This document shows positions 50,125 to 62,530 of a stretch of 64,000 nucleotides of DNA, one piece after another. The notes below the pieces were generated by a model that saw only the letters and a list, made by a program, of their open reading frames with translations, did no database searches and was not told the origin of the DNA. Both the position numbers and the translations under genes were made by a program. Every line of letters starts with the position of its first letter. Positions within the stretch are counted from its first letter, which is position 1. The stretch comes from a plasmid, in sequence record NZ_CP118992.1, one strand, 5' to 3'.

Positions 50125-50497
50125 CTTGGTAAAATGGCACCTCCCGCCTGGGCCATGAATAAACAACTTCGTCCATCCACAAAACTGTACAAAAACGATA
50201 TTTTTTCACCCGGAAAGTTCGTGATGGTACAAATCATGTCGCGATAAATGCGCCAGCTATCCCATACCTTGACCCATTCTCTGACTCGCAATCCGGCAGC
50301 CTTGTCGAGCGCCACCGCTACTAACATCGGCCGAGCGGCGCCCAAAGCCGTGGCCGCCACCTTAAGGCGTGGATTTCAAATCCCATCAAGGCGGATTTAT
50401 CCCAGCCACTGGCAAAGTGCTCCGCGATCTGGCAGAAGATTTGCTACTGCCTCCACGGCTGGGGGCGCCCATCAGCCCTCGAACACGAACCAGAGAG

Positions 50498-51205
50498 ATG
50501 AGTATGCGTGCACACTATTTCCAACACGTCCCATTCGAGGGGCTCGGCGTGATCGAGCCCTGGTTGCAAGCCGCAGGCTACCAAATCAGCCGCACCTGTT
50601 TTTATCAGCCCCATGAACTCCCCCGCCTAGCCGCTCTCGATCTGTTGATCGTCCTGGGGGGCCCCATGAGTGTGAATGATGAAGACTCCCTCCCCTGGCT
50701 CACCGCAGAAAAGGCGTTCATCCGGCAAGCCATCGCAGCGAACAAACCAATATTGGGAATTTGCCTGGGGGCCCAACTCATCGCCAATGCCTGCAATTGC
50801 CGCGTGAGCCCTAATCCGCTGAAGGAGATAGGCTGGTTTCCTATCACCGCTGTTGCGCATGAACAGCCGGCGCTGTTTGCATTCCCTCCCGAACTCACCG
50901 TACTACAGTGGCATGGGGAGACCTTTGAACTGCCACCCCAGGCCCAGCAGTTAGCGCGAAGTCAGGCCTGTGAACAGCAAGCCTTTCAGCTGATCGGTAA
51001 ACCGGTGATCGGTCTGCAATTTCATCTGGAGACTACAGCTTCGTCGCTGCAATCGCTGATGGGAAACTGCGCCGAAGAGCTGGTGGTGGCCCCCTATATT
51101 CAGAGTGCGGAGTCTCTGCGAGCAACTCCGGCGAGCCAGTATCGGCTGGTCAATGAGGTCATGGCGAAACTCTTGAACTATCTGACGCAATGGCCCCACA
51201 TCTGA
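50498..51205 (+). CDS. Class-I glutamine amidotransferase-like protein (GATase1).
   Basis: ...LIVLGGPMSVNDE...PILGICLGAQLIA...LQFHLE carries the Cys-His GATase1 catalytic signature. Start at ATG 50498 or 50504; the track extension to 50369 is unsupported. Confidence 0.7.
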   Translation: MSMRAHYFQHVPFEGLGVIEPWLQAAGYQISRTCFYQPHELPRLAALDLLIVLGGPMSVNDEDSLPWLTAEKAFIRQAIAANKPILGICLGAQLIANACNCRVSPNPLKEIGWFPITAVAHEQPALFAFPPELTVLQWHGETFELPPQAQQLARSQACEQQAFQLIGKPVIGLQFHLETTASSLQSLMGNCAEELVVAPYIQSAESLRATPASQYRLVNEVMAKLLNYLTQWPHI

Positions 51206-51603
51206 CGACCGGAGTAGCCAGTACCCGCGGATGACGCTCTATGGCGCCAATTTTGCATTAATCCGTTCATCATCGGGCCGAGGGCCTTGCGAGGCTATCG
51301 CTATATAGCCACCCACATAGCGACGCACATAATGTGGGCAGTCTGCCCCTCATCGGAACAAGGATGACGTGATGAGTCGCGTTCGAGGCGAAGATATGAG
51401 TCAGATGCAACCGTGCCACCCCTGCCACTGCCTGCTGGGAGAATGCCGAACCGAGCTGCTACCACTGCTCTCTGAGGTCAGCCAGGCCGTCAGTCTGGGG
51501 GCGGATCTCCCCTCGACGCTCAACCTGGGGCGTTGTTGCTCAAATCAGGGAACTATCCCGCAGTGGTGATCTGATCTCTTAGATTCACCACCGGGAGCGC
51601 CAG

Positions 51604-52521
51604 ATGGGCAAGTCCAAGCACAAGATCAGCAACTGGAAACAGTACAACCAAGCCCTGGTGCAACGTGGTTCGTTGACCGTCTGGATGGATGAGCAAGCCA
51701 TCCAGCAGTGGCATTGCCAGACCCATCATGGCCGCCGAGGGCGAGGCTTCCATTACAGCGACTCCGCCATTGAAACCGCGCTGATGCTCAAGGCGGTATT
51801 CAAGCTACCGCTACGAGCCTTGGAGGGCTTCATCAACTCGCTGTTCAAGCTGATGAAGGTGCCCTTACAGTCGCCGGACTACAGCTGTATCAGCAAGCGC
51901 GCCAATACGGTCGAAATCAAGTACCGCCTACCGAGCCATGGCCCGGTGGCTCACCTCGTCATCGATGCCACCGGACTCAAGGTCTATGGCGAAGGCGAAT
52001 GGAAAATTCGCAAGCACGGCAAGGAGAAACGCCGCGTCTGGCGCAAGCTTCACCTGGCCGTAGATGCGGCGACCCATGCCATCGTTGCAGCCGAAGTCAG
52101 CCTGGAAACGGTGGGCGATAACGAGGTGTTGCCCACGCTGCTCAACCCCTTGCGCCGCAAGATAGAACAAGTCAGCGCCGATGGTGCCTATGACACCAGA
52201 GCCTGTTATGCCCTACTGCAAAAGAAGGGCATCAAGGCCACCATACCGCCGAGAAAGAATGCGGCATTCTGGAAGAAAGGCCATCCACGCAACGAGGCGG
52301 TTGCCGCGCTCAAGGCAGGAGAGCTGGAGCAATGGAAAAAGGACTCTGGCTATCATCAGCGCTCGATAGCTGAGACCGCCATGTATCGCTTCAAGCAGCT
52401 CATCGGTCCGAAACTGAGTCTGCGGAGCTACAACGCCCAGGTGGGTGAGATCCTGGCTGGGGTAAAAGTCATGAACAAGGTCATAGGGCTTGGTATGCCC
52501 ATTCGGCAGGCCGTCAACTAA
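51604..52521 (+). CDS. IS5-family (IS903 group) transposase (305 aa).
   Basis: MGKSKHKISNWKQYNQALVQRGSLTVWMDEQAI...HYSDSAIETALMLKAVFKLPLRALEGF... parallels the IS903/IS102 transposase. The IS ends were not resolved by eye (~51.54..52.57 kb). Confidence 0.8.
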   Translation: MGKSKHKISNWKQYNQALVQRGSLTVWMDEQAIQQWHCQTHHGRRGRGFHYSDSAIETALMLKAVFKLPLRALEGFINSLFKLMKVPLQSPDYSCISKRANTVEIKYRLPSHGPVAHLVIDATGLKVYGEGEWKIRKHGKEKRRVWRKLHLAVDAATHAIVAAEVSLETVGDNEVLPTLLNPLRRKIEQVSADGAYDTRACYALLQKKGIKATIPPRKNAAFWKKGHPRNEAVAALKAGELEQWKKDSGYHQRSIAETAMYRFKQLIGPKLSLRSYNAQVGEILAGVKVMNKVIGLGMPIRQAVN

Positions 52522-52661
52522 GCCCGCCCGGCGGGTTGGGGAGCGACCATCCTACTTTGGATTTGATCAACAAGGCCCCTGTCATCCTACAAGGTGGCTT
52601 GTTTTGCAGGGCGTTATCTCCCATCCTGCGCCGCACTATCCTTTGCTTCGGAATCTCCCCT

Positions 52662-52907
52662 ATGGAAACCATTACCCATCCCACCCTGGTGCAACTGGTG
52701 GCGGATGGTGCCGCCCGTGTCGTAGTCGCTGTCGGACAACTAGGCGGCTGGAGTCTGCTGGTGTGCTACGGTCTGGCCGCCCAGCGCAGCAAACAACTAA
52801 GAGTTTTTCGCAAGCTCGATACCTTGGTGCTCTACCTGCAGCAGATCGGGGTCAGCCGGTTCGAGGTTGATGCCAGTAGCTTCATGCTTGCACTACGACA
52901 GCGGTAA
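52662..52907 (+). CDS. Paralog of small protein 23386..23655 (81 aa).
   Basis: METITHPTLVQLVADGAARVVVAVGQLGGWSLLVCYGLAAQRSKQLRVFRKLDTL...; the upstream leader is ~90% identical to the copy at 23304..23385. Confidence 0.45.
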   Translation: METITHPTLVQLVADGAARVVVAVGQLGGWSLLVCYGLAAQRSKQLRVFRKLDTLVLYLQQIGVSRFEVDASSFMLALRQR

Positions 52908-52965
52908 CTTGTTACCTACGTCGAGACCCTCTATAATATAAACCAAAGGTTATATTTGGTGCGCT

Positions 52966-53316
52966 ATGTGGACAGTAAAAACGACCTCTCTATTCGATGT
53001 CTGGTTTGATGAACAAGACGAGGCCACGCAGGAGAAGGTTTTGGCTGGGTTGCTTGCCTTGGCACAGGGCGGTCCATCAGTAGGGCGACCCTTAGTTGAT
53101 ACCATCAAGGGGTCTCGCTTTACGAACCTCAAAGAGCTGAGAGTTCAGCACCAGGGGGATCCGCTACGAGCGTTCTTTGCTTTTGACCCGTTGCGGCAAG
53201 CTATCGTGTTGTGTGCTGGAAATAAGGGCGGTAACGATAAGCGGTTTTACAAAGAGATGTTGCCGGTCGCTGAGGCGGAATACGCCAAGCACTTAACTGA
53301 GTTGGAGGTAGGGTAA
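52966..53316 (+). CDS. HigB-like (RelE/ParE superfamily, Gp49-type) toxin.
   Basis: 116-aa protein with toxin-first gene order and a downstream XRE-HTH antitoxin, typical of higBA-type 'addiction module killer/antidote' pairs. Family recalled from sequence features (...FFAFDPLRQAIVLCAGNKGGNDKRFYKEMLPVAE). Confidence 0.6.
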   Translation: MWTVKTTSLFDVWFDEQDEATQEKVLAGLLALAQGGPSVGRPLVDTIKGSRFTNLKELRVQHQGDPLRAFFAFDPLRQAIVLCAGNKGGNDKRFYKEMLPVAEAEYAKHLTELEVG

Positions 53317-53618
53317 TGGGAAGAACACTGAATGAGATGCTGGCCTCCCGCTCGGTGGATAGTCAGCAGCGGATCCAGGAGATGGCTAACGAGCTGCTGC
53401 TGGAGGTACGCTTGCAAGCGCTGCGTGAAGAGTTGGAAGTGTCCCAGGTGGAGTTGGCCTCTGCCCTCGGGATCAGCCAACCGGCCGTTGTGGCGATGGA
53501 GCAGCGTGGGAATGATATCAAGCTATCCACCATGAAGCGTTACGTGGAAGCAATGGGTGGGAAGCTGCGTGTTGATGTTGAGCTTCCTACAGGGAGGCAT
53601 GTCGGTTTCAACGTGTGA
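53316..53618 (+). CDS. HigA-like XRE-family HTH antitoxin.
   Basis: HTH region LREELEVSQVELASALGISQPAVVAMEQRGNDIKLSTMKRYVEAMG. TAATG overlap with the upstream toxin gene. Confidence 0.6.
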   Translation: MGRTLNEMLASRSVDSQQRIQEMANELLLEVRLQALREELEVSQVELASALGISQPAVVAMEQRGNDIKLSTMKRYVEAMGGKLRVDVELPTGRHVGFNV

Positions 53619-53710
53619 CTGCTCCCCGCCGCTCGCGGCGAGGCTTCCCACCTTTTTTGACGAAAGGGGGCTCCCACCGACGTAGGTGGGAGGGGAATTT
53701 CGTCGGGGCG

Positions 53711-54115
53711 TCAGCCCCGCTGGTTTTGAATGTATTGCTTAATCACATCCAACGGCGCCCCGCCGCAAGAGCTTGCAAAGTAGGAGCGAGACCAAAGCAC
53801 GGGCTTGCTGTAAGCCCCCCTCAAGTCCAAAAATTCATTACGCAGTCGCCTTGATGTGACGGCCTTCAATGAGTTGACCAGCACAGATAACTGCACGGTC
53901 GGCCCGTACTCTATCAGCATGTGAACGTGGTCTGCTTCTCCGTCACACTCTTTCAGCTCTGCGCCAAAGTCACGACAAACCTCGGCGGCGCACTGATTGA
54001 ACGCAGCAAGGTGTAAATCGCCCAATATCTTTTTTCGATACTTGGTCACAAACACCAAGTGAACATGGAGAAGATAAGCCGCATGGCGGGATTTGTTGAT
54101 GTTTACGACTTGCAT
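53711..54115 (-). CDS. tnpA: IS200/IS605-family Y1 (HuH) transposase TnpA.
   Basis: 134 aa with HuH motif (HVHMLI) and catalytic Tyr region. A subterminal hairpin CTCCCACCGACGTAGGTGGGAG lies upstream at ~53675. Confidence 0.8.
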   Translation of the reverse strand: MQVVNINKSRHAAYLLHVHLVFVTKYRKKILGDLHLAAFNQCAAEVCRDFGAELKECDGEADHVHMLIEYGPTVQLSVLVNSLKAVTSRRLRNEFLDLRGAYSKPVLWSRSYFASSCGGAPLDVIKQYIQNQRG

Positions 54116-54171
54116 TTAATGACTCAGCTCGGTGTAATGACGGAGAAATATTGCTACACACTGAGTGTTGA

Positions 54172-54840
54172 ATGCAAATTCTGAAAGCCTACAAATTCCG
54201 ACTCGAACCGACCGAGCAACAAGCGCAACGCCTGCGCCAGTTGGGCGGCTGTGCTCGTTATGTCTGGAATCACGGGCTTGTAGAGACAAAGCGCATTCTG
54301 GATTCCGGCGACAAGCTGCCATCATATTTCGATTTATCTCGGATGCTCACCCGTTGGAAGAAAGATCCAGAAATGGCCTTTCTGGCCGAGGCATACACCG
54401 ACAACCTCCAGCAGAAACTCAAGGATTTGCACGGCGCGTGGATGCGTTGTTTTGATAAAAAATTCGCCGCCAAGGCTCCCGTTTTCAAGAAGAAAAGCGA
54501 CAACCGAGACTCAATCCGGTTCGTCAACTTCGACAAGTATTGCCGCCTTGAAAAAGGGCGGGTGAAGCTGCCAAGCGGTCTGGCGTGGGTCAAGTTCCGC
54601 CAGTCACGCCCAGTCGAAGGGAAGATTAAAAACGCCACCGTCAGCCAATCAGCAGGACACTGGTATATCTCATTTCAGGTCGAGCAGGAGCTTCCAGAGC
54701 CAGCTCACCCGTCCGGCTCAATGGTCGGGCTGGATGCAGGGATTGCCAAGCTCGCAACCCTGTCAGATGGTACGGTGTTTGAGCCTGTCAACAGCTTCAA
54801 AACCAATCAGACCAAGCTGGCCAGGCTACAGCGCCAGTTG
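54172..54840 (+). pseudogene. tnpB: IS605-type TnpB (OrfB) N-terminal ~220 aa, truncated by the Tn3-family transposon copy B.
   Basis: MQILKAYKFRLEPTEQQAQRLRQLGGCARYVWNHGL... is the canonical TnpB N-terminus. The reading frame runs into IR GGGGGGTAAGCCC at 54841. Confidence 0.75.
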
Positions 54841-57800
54841 GGGGGGTAAGCCCAAACCGCCGAAAATTCCGTCAACCCAATTCCAGCCCCGCCACGATCG
54901 CATCCAGATCGATAATCTGACCATCGCCGTGAAAGGTATAGTGCCCGTTCAGGTGAATATGGCGCCACGCTGCCGGCGAAATCTTCTTGAGCAGGGCGAG
55001 GGCTTTCTCGTTTCCGCTGGTTTCACACTTGGTCAACAGCCGCGAAAGGATCGCCGAGTTGTAGTAGATGATGGCGTTGGCGATCAGCCGCGCGCACTGG
55101 TTGCTGATTTCGACTTCGATGTCGGTCTGGCCGGTCAATTCCTTCTTGCCGCCGACCTGAGCGATGGCTGAACGCAGCTGGTGGTAGGACTCGATGCGAT
55201 TCTGCGAGCGGTGGACGTTGCGCTCCAACTGAGGATCACGCAAATAGCGCAACGTGTAGATGCTGCGAATCAGCTTGTCGAACTCGAATATGGCTTGCCG
55301 CGTTGGGTTCGATGCGGAGTAGGTGCACAGCTTGCGGATCAGTGTGCCCTGCGTCATCTCTTTGAGGCCTAGCGTGGCCACGATCTGATCAATGTTGCTT
55401 TTCTCATCAATGACGGCGGGCAGGTTGATCTGGCCGACCGGGCGAATCAGGCATTTTTCGTACAGCGCCGGATCATCGGCGCAGTAGAGTTCTTTCAGTT
55501 GCTCTTCCAGATCGGTGAAACGCGGCTCGAAGCGTAGACCAAACCAATACAGGATGGCGAAGTTCGCCTTGTTGACGCTGTGCATGTCACCGGTAATCGT
55601 GGTTGGCACGATATCGGACGTGTTGCGGTACCAAATGTCGAACACGTGATGCGCCTCGAACTCATGCGCGCCGATGATCCAACTTTGCAGCGGCACATGG
55701 TTACACAGCAGGGTGTAGGCGACGACCCCTTTACCACGACCGAAATACTTACGCGAATGCCGCGCCTTGACGGTCGGTCGCTCCACGCCGAACTTCTGAC
55801 CATCGACGCTGCCGTAGAGTGCTCCACCAAGGTCGAAGGAATAGTGCGGGAAGATGGGCAAGTCGGCAATGCCATTGCTGATCCGGTCGTTGGCCGCCTG
55901 CAGCGATGCCTGGCGCAGATACTGTTGGTAGGTCGTCTCCAGCACGTGGTAGGGAATATCACTGGTGCGCGACATGACGAGGTTGCCGTGGTTCATCGCC
56001 TGGGCGATGATACCGGCCATCAGACTGTCCGAATCGGCGACCTGCTTGACGTAGCGCGGTTGCAGCGGTGTCAGCGCCGACAGGAACTGGCATTGCCCGT
56101 TCACAAAGCGGAACACGTCACCGACATCGCAGAACGACAATTGATCATAGAAGCGGTTCTGTTTGGCGGTATCGTTGTCGGCCTTGGGTCGGCGCCAGGT
56201 CAGCGTCTTGCGCTCGCTATCGTAGTCGAGATGCTTCAACTTCCCTTGGCGCAACTCACGGTTGAACGCCAGCCACTGTTCGTGGAGTTCGGCCTTCAGC
56301 GCGTCAAGTTGCGCTCCGATGGGCTGGCGCAGCCAGGGAATGTCCATCTGGCCGAGCACGCTGGCCTTCTCCTCAAGGGAGACCAGCTCGTCAGTAAAGC
56401 AGCGGTGCTGCAGACTGTCGTCCAGATAGATCTCTCCAGCCTTGAAGCGTTTTCTGAGTTGGCGGTAAAGCCAGAACTCATAGCGGTCGGCATGTAAGCC
56501 CAAGGGCTTCCCGTCCGCGTCGAATATCAATAGATAGGGACGCAGACGCTTGGGCAGGGTGGCCTCGGGGCATTCGGCCAGAGGACGGTGTGACAGTCGC
56601 TGCTGTTTCGCGAATACACCCTTCACCCAGGCGAGCGCCCCAAGCCACGGGTTATCCGGCACGACCCCGGAGAATTCAAGCGCCCCGTAGAGTGGCCGCA
56701 CGTGGCGCCGGATGCGTTCGGCCAAACCGTCAACGGTCTGCCAGCGCAGGGCCAGCTTGCTCGCGGGCTTCACGCTGAGGCGTTGGCCGGTCATTTGCAG
56801 CGCCTCCTTCGGCATGATCTTGAACGCACGCTGGCGCACGTCGCCGAAAGGCGTGACATCGGCCACCGTGTCGTCGACGTAGAGCAACAGCAAACGTCCG
56901 ACTCGCGGCGTTTCCTGTTGCCGACGGATCTGTTCCGTGACGAAGAGCTTATTCGACCGCGCCTTGCTCTCGTCTTCGAGCTGCTTCATGTGGTAGCCCA
57001 AGGCATCTACGAGATTATCGGTAAACTGTCGATAACGCTGCCAGGCGTAGCACAGCAGATACAAGTTGGTCTGCTCGGGTTTGAGGCGGCGAAGGTCGTA
57101 GACAGTGTAAAAATTGGCCAGGCTCGCGTAATAGTGCAGATTCTGCTGCGAGATCGCCAACCTGGCCAACAGCGTCTTGGCAATTCGGTATAACGGTTCC
57201 AGCTTGGCACGCTTCTCCCGCTCCTGCGCCATTTGTCGCCAGCCGAAGCTTTTGGCATCCTGCTTGAGAGCCGCCAGCTCCGACAGGGTGTCGTCGCGCA
57301 CCAGAAGTTGAGCCAGCGCGGCCTTGGCCTCGCCGTCCAGTACCTCATCGAGTAGCACACCCAAGCGTCGGCGTTCGGCGGACAATGCTTCGCTGATCAG
57401 TTCCTGCAACGTGGTGAGGCCGGGCCGGACGATCTTGTGCTCGTTGAGATAGACGATCAACTCGGCCACGATGAAGCCGGGCGTGATGTCACGCCGAACG
57501 ATCTGATTGGCTTGTTGCACGAGTTGTGGCAGGGAGTCCGTCGACCATAGCCGGTAGCCGAATAGCTTCGCAATCAGAGTTCGTTGCGCGTAGCGCTCGT
57601 GCTTGGTGATCGTGTGCGGCTCGAACGCCTGATCGTTGAAATAGCGAGTCAGGACGAAGGCGCAATCGTCCGGCGCGTCGTCCCAAGTAAAGCGGAAGAA
57701 GGCATGCTTGGCTTTGAAGTAGCCGATCTGCAAAGCGCAGTAAGCTTGGGCATGCAAACCAGGACGACTGCAGGCGAGCGCCAGTTCCGCCTCGGTCAGT

Positions 57801-60800
57801 GATAGATACTCCTGTTGCTGTCCATCATCGAAGTCAGGCATGCCGTACAGGGCGAATTGCTCGGCCTCCGAAAGAACGGTTAGCCGCTCGCTTTTACGCC
57901 TCATCGTTGCGGCATCTTCTCAGCACTTGGCCAGCCAACTCGGGCAAGGGTTTCGATCAGCGTGGTGCGCTTGACGCCAAAGTTGCGGCACACAGCCGCC
58001 TTGGACATGCCGCCATTCAGCGCGGCGACGATGGTGTCCAGTTTCTCGCCGATGATCGCCGGTGGCCGGCCACCGAGTCGGCCCCGTCGCTTGGCGGCCG
58101 CCAGTCCGGCTATTACCCTTTCTCGGGTCAGGGCGCGTTCGTACTGCGCAAGCGCACCGAACACCTGAAACAATAGCTCGCCCGATGGCGTGGTGGTATC
58201 CATGCCTTCGGTGAGCGAACGAAAAGCGACCTGCCGCTCCCGCAACGTGTCAACGATGGTGAGCAGATGCGACAGCGAGCGGCCAAGCCTGTCCAGCTTC
58301 CAGACGACAAGAACATCGTCAGGTTGAACAAACGCCAGCGCCTTGGCCAACCCCGGACGATCATCCTTGGCGCCGGACGCGCGATCCTCGAATAGGTGGC
58401 GCGCATCAACGCCTGCCGCCAACAGGGCATCGCGTTGTAGATCCGTGGTTTGTCGATCAGAGTCGGAAGAGACGCGCATGTAGCCGACAAGCATGTGTGG
58501 AAAACCCATAGCCTATGATTTCCGTATGCTATACCATAGCGGCATTGTTTTCCGCATATTTTTTGGCGGGGTTAATACGCGATTTTGGTAGCCGAACGGT
58601 GCCTGTCGCAAAACAGTTGTTTTCCGACAGGCTTTGGACTCATCAACATGAAAAATCGCAGCATTACGGTGCACGGCGCCGAAGTGACCATCACGACTCG
58701 TCACGAACAGGATTACATTTCACTGACTGACATGGTGAAACGATTCGGGGATGAAAGCGTTCTCTACAGTTGGTTGCGGAACCGCAACACCATAGAGTTC
58801 CTCGGTATATGGGAGCAAATTTACAACCCAGCCTTTAAACCTCTCGAATTCGAGAGGTTTAAGAGTCAGGCCGGTCTGAACAGTTTCTCACTGTCGCCGA
58901 AAAAATGGATCGATACCACAGACGCCATCGGTCTCTATGCCAAAGCTGGACGTGGCGGCGGCACCTATGCCCACAAGGATATCGCTTTCGAATTCGGTTC
59001 TTGGCTCAGCCCCGAGTTCAAGCTGTACCTGATCAAGGAATTTCAGCGCCTCAAGGATGAAGAAGCGCGAGCCATTTCGCTGGAATGGAATTTCCAGCGC
59101 ACGCTGTCCAAGGTCAACTACCGTATTCACACGGACGCCATCAAGGAACGCCTGATTCCGCCGCAACTAACCAAAACGCAAACCGCCACCGTCTATGCCA
59201 GCGAAGCCGATCTACTCAACGTCGCACTGTTTGGGATGACGGCCACTCAATGGCGGCAAGCCAATCCCGACCAAACCGGCAACATGCGTGATATCGCGAC
59301 CCTGGAGCAATTGGTCGTGCTATCCAATATGGAGAGCATCAACGCGGTCCTGATCCATCAAGGGCTTTCAGCGCCGGAGCGATTGACGCAATTAAACGCC
59401 ATCGCGATCACGCAGATGCGCTCCTTGGTTGGCATCGGCGTCATCAAGCAACTGGGTAAGCTGCCAGAGCGGTGATCCGTATTGAGTTGAACGGCTCCTT
59501 TGCATCATAGGGCTGCCGTTCAGGTTTAAAATCCCAATGAGTGCAGCCGGCCATAACCGGCCGGTGAAAAATTTCCTCTAAAGCCGCCGTTGCCTTGGAT
59601 TACTTACCTGTATGCAGTCGTTGAACCTGTGTTGCCCAATCTTTCCACTGGAGGGCATCAAAGAAGCGATAAGCGTCAGATCCGGAACTTATGCACCGAC
59701 TCGCTCATTGAAACGGACAGCTTTTCGAGGTGTTCGGCCGACTTGGCGACCGAACGGACCACGGCGCTGGTTTCCTCGGTCATCTGGGCAATGCCTTCGA
59801 CATTGCGGGCGATGTCGTGATTGGCCGTGTTCTGCTCGCGCAGCGACGCGGATATCTCCTCGGCCGCGCTCATCATCTGGCCCACGCCGTCCTGAATCTT
59901 GCCCATCGTTTCGCCGGCGCGCCGGATCATCACCACTCCGGCTCGTGTACGGTCACTGCCGCCGGCCATTTCGTTGACCACCCTGACGGTGCCCTCACGC
60001 ACGGAATCGACCGTTGCCTTGATTTCGCTGGTCGCCTTGGTCGTGCGTTCGGCGAGTTTGCGCACTTCGTCAGCGACGACCGCGAAGCCGCGCCCCTGCT
60101 CGCCCGCTCGCGCCGCCTCAATGGCCGCGTTCAAGGCGAGAAGATTGGTCTGGTCGGCAATTTCACGGATCACATCGACGATTTTTGAAATCTGCTCCGA
60201 GCGATCGCCGAGCACCTTCACCGACTCGGCCGTGCTCATCACCGCTGCAGAAATTCCGTCCATTTCGGCAATCGCCTCATCCACCGCGGCTTCGCCGACA
60301 TCGGAAAGGCTCCGCGCATCGACCGCGCTCTGATGTGCCCCGCTGGCGCTTTCGGTGATATGGGTTATTGACACCGCCATTTCCTCGATCGACGCGGCCA
60401 TCGACGCGGATTTGTCGCTTTGGGTATGGGCCGCCGTCGCGACCTGATTGGCGGCGAGCGAGATCTCGTGCGCCGAAGCGGTCAGCGTGTCGGCTGACTC
60501 GCCGATGCCGCGTATGATCGTGCGCAGACTCTCCTGCATGGCCCGGATCGCCGCCAGCAGGCTGTGCTGATCACCGGGGCGGATTCTGATTTCGTGGGTG
60601 AGGTCGCCACCGGCGATGCGTTGCGTAATCCTTGCAGCCTCCACGGGTTCGCCGCCGAGTGTCCGGATCAGCGACCGGTAGAGCATGAAACCCGATAGCA
60701 GCATCAGCACACCGATGGCGACGCCGAGCCCGGTACTTGTGCCCTGCGCCCGCTGGATTCCGGTTTCCGCAATGCTTGCGGATTCCGCCATGTGCTCGCG

Positions 60801-62492
60801 AACGGTTTTCTCCAGACTCTCAAGCTGGCCGGTCAGCCGTTCCGCCAGAGCGTCGAAACCATCATTGGGGCGCTTCATCAGCGCGTTGCCTGCTTCCTGA
60901 CCACCGCTGTTGTAGGCCTTGGCCATTTCGATGCCGAACGTATGGAACTTGCCTAAGCTGTCTTTCGCCTTGGCCGCCTGGTCGGCAAGCTTTGGTTGGA
61001 GCCGGGCGATGTTATCCAGATCCTTGATCGCTTCATCGTAGGCTGTCTTGGCTTCCTTGAAGCCGTCGGACTCACCGGTCGCCGAGACATCGGTAAGGAA
61101 CTGCTGGACCTGAACCACGTTGAAACGCGTTTCCAGCATTGACACCAAAGCCGGCAGTGCGACGGTGTTCTCGTCACGTGAAGTTTCCAGTGCATTTCGG
61201 AAGCCTGACCAGAGCGTAAAGATGAGTACGCTCAACAAGACAAGTGTCGCCAGGGTGAAAAGTGAAATCAGACGTCGAATAGTCATGGTGGCTTTGCAAA
61301 AGTGTTTCAAGGAAATTGAGTTGGGATAGTACGGCAATGGCGTTTGCTACGTAAGTGGAATCCAGTAATGTCCAGTAATTACTAGACTAAACGCATAGAT
61401 GCCATTATATGGCAAAACGTTATACGGATTGACTCGCCCTCCCTTCCTCAGAAACAACTGACAGGTTTCTGGTATCGCCAGGGAAATGTTGCCCAGTTGT
61501 TTCTTGGGGTCAACAGTCTGAGCTGCACTACCGCATGTTCATTCATGAATCCGGAGTTGGCCTCGTGAGCGGCCGCTTTCGATCCGCTTTCCCGAGCGGC
61601 GAATGGCTGCTCCCATTTCTCTGGGATGTCGCCTTTGGGTCGAGGCCGTGTGGAAACGCAATTGAGTTACCGTTCGCCGCGCGCTTGAGCGCGTGTTTTA
61701 CCCGTTGTTGATCAAATCGAGGCCGACAGCTTTCTGAGATCGAAACTGAGGGTCCTAATCGCCTTAGAGTACGGTCAAATCGAGCCGTAAAAAAGGCCAC
61801 CTGACCTTAAACGGCAAGTAACCGTATCGATCTCATGAGTTTCTCAACACCGAGAATGTTGATGACTCGCCGAAGGTTGTAGGCCAGCACGTGCAAGCTC
61901 ACTTCCGTGCTCACATGTTTGAGGGTTTTCATCAAGAAATGCGCCGACCCCATCCAGAACTTCAGTGTTCCGAAGACATGCTCGACGGTACACCGTCGTT
62001 GTTTCATCTTCCCTGGGTTCCGGTCCAGGCGATCCTGCATGGCGTCAAGGACGCCTTCATGTTCCCATCGCTTTACCCGCCGTTCCTTGCCGGTAGTGCA
62101 CTGTGCTTTCAGCGCACACTGCTGGCAGGTTAAGTACGAAGCGTAGTAATCATCAATTCTCATCCCATCCTTCAGCGAGGAGTGACGATAGATCAGCTGC
62201 TTCCCTGCAGGACAAAGATATTCGTTGTCCTGCGCGACATAGACGAAATCACGTTTGTCGTATAACCCTTTGGCTTTGTTGTTGCTGGTCATGGTCTTTG
62301 GCACCGAGGGCGTGATTCCCGCCTCGACACACTTCAATATTTCCGGTCCCTTGTAATAACCCCGGTCGGCGATGGCTTCGATGTTCTCAACCGCGAGCGC
62401 TTCGCGTGATTGCAAGGCCATCTTGGCGAGTTGCGTTCGGTCATACCCTAGATTCGTGACTTCATGGGCGACGATCAAGTGATGCTGGATCT
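54841..62492 (-). mobile_element. Tn3-family transposon copy B, inverted relative to copy A, with its far end truncated inside the IS1182 copy by Tn3.
   Basis: IR GGGGGGTAAGCCCAAACCGCCGAAAATTCCGTCAACCCAA at 54841..54880. Identical tnpA (54872..57904, -), tnpR (57901..58494, -), KilA-N gene (58648..59475, +), MCP (59676..61286, -) and C-terminal half of the IS1182 transposase (61807..62492, -). Confidence 0.75.
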
Positions 62493-62530
62493 GGGGTCTG
62501 ACGCTCAGTGGAACGAAAACTCACGTTAAG
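62493..62530. repeat. Canonical Tn3 (Tn1/Tn2/Tn3) 38-bp terminal inverted repeat.
   Basis: GGGGTCTGACGCTCAGTGGAACGAAAACTCACGTTAAG matches the Tn3 IR exactly. Confidence 0.85.

Noticed and set aside
51369-51569. 66-aa Cys/His-rich ORF upstream of the IS903-like transposase.
   Set aside because: It lies in the probable IS end/promoter region and has no RBS or family support.
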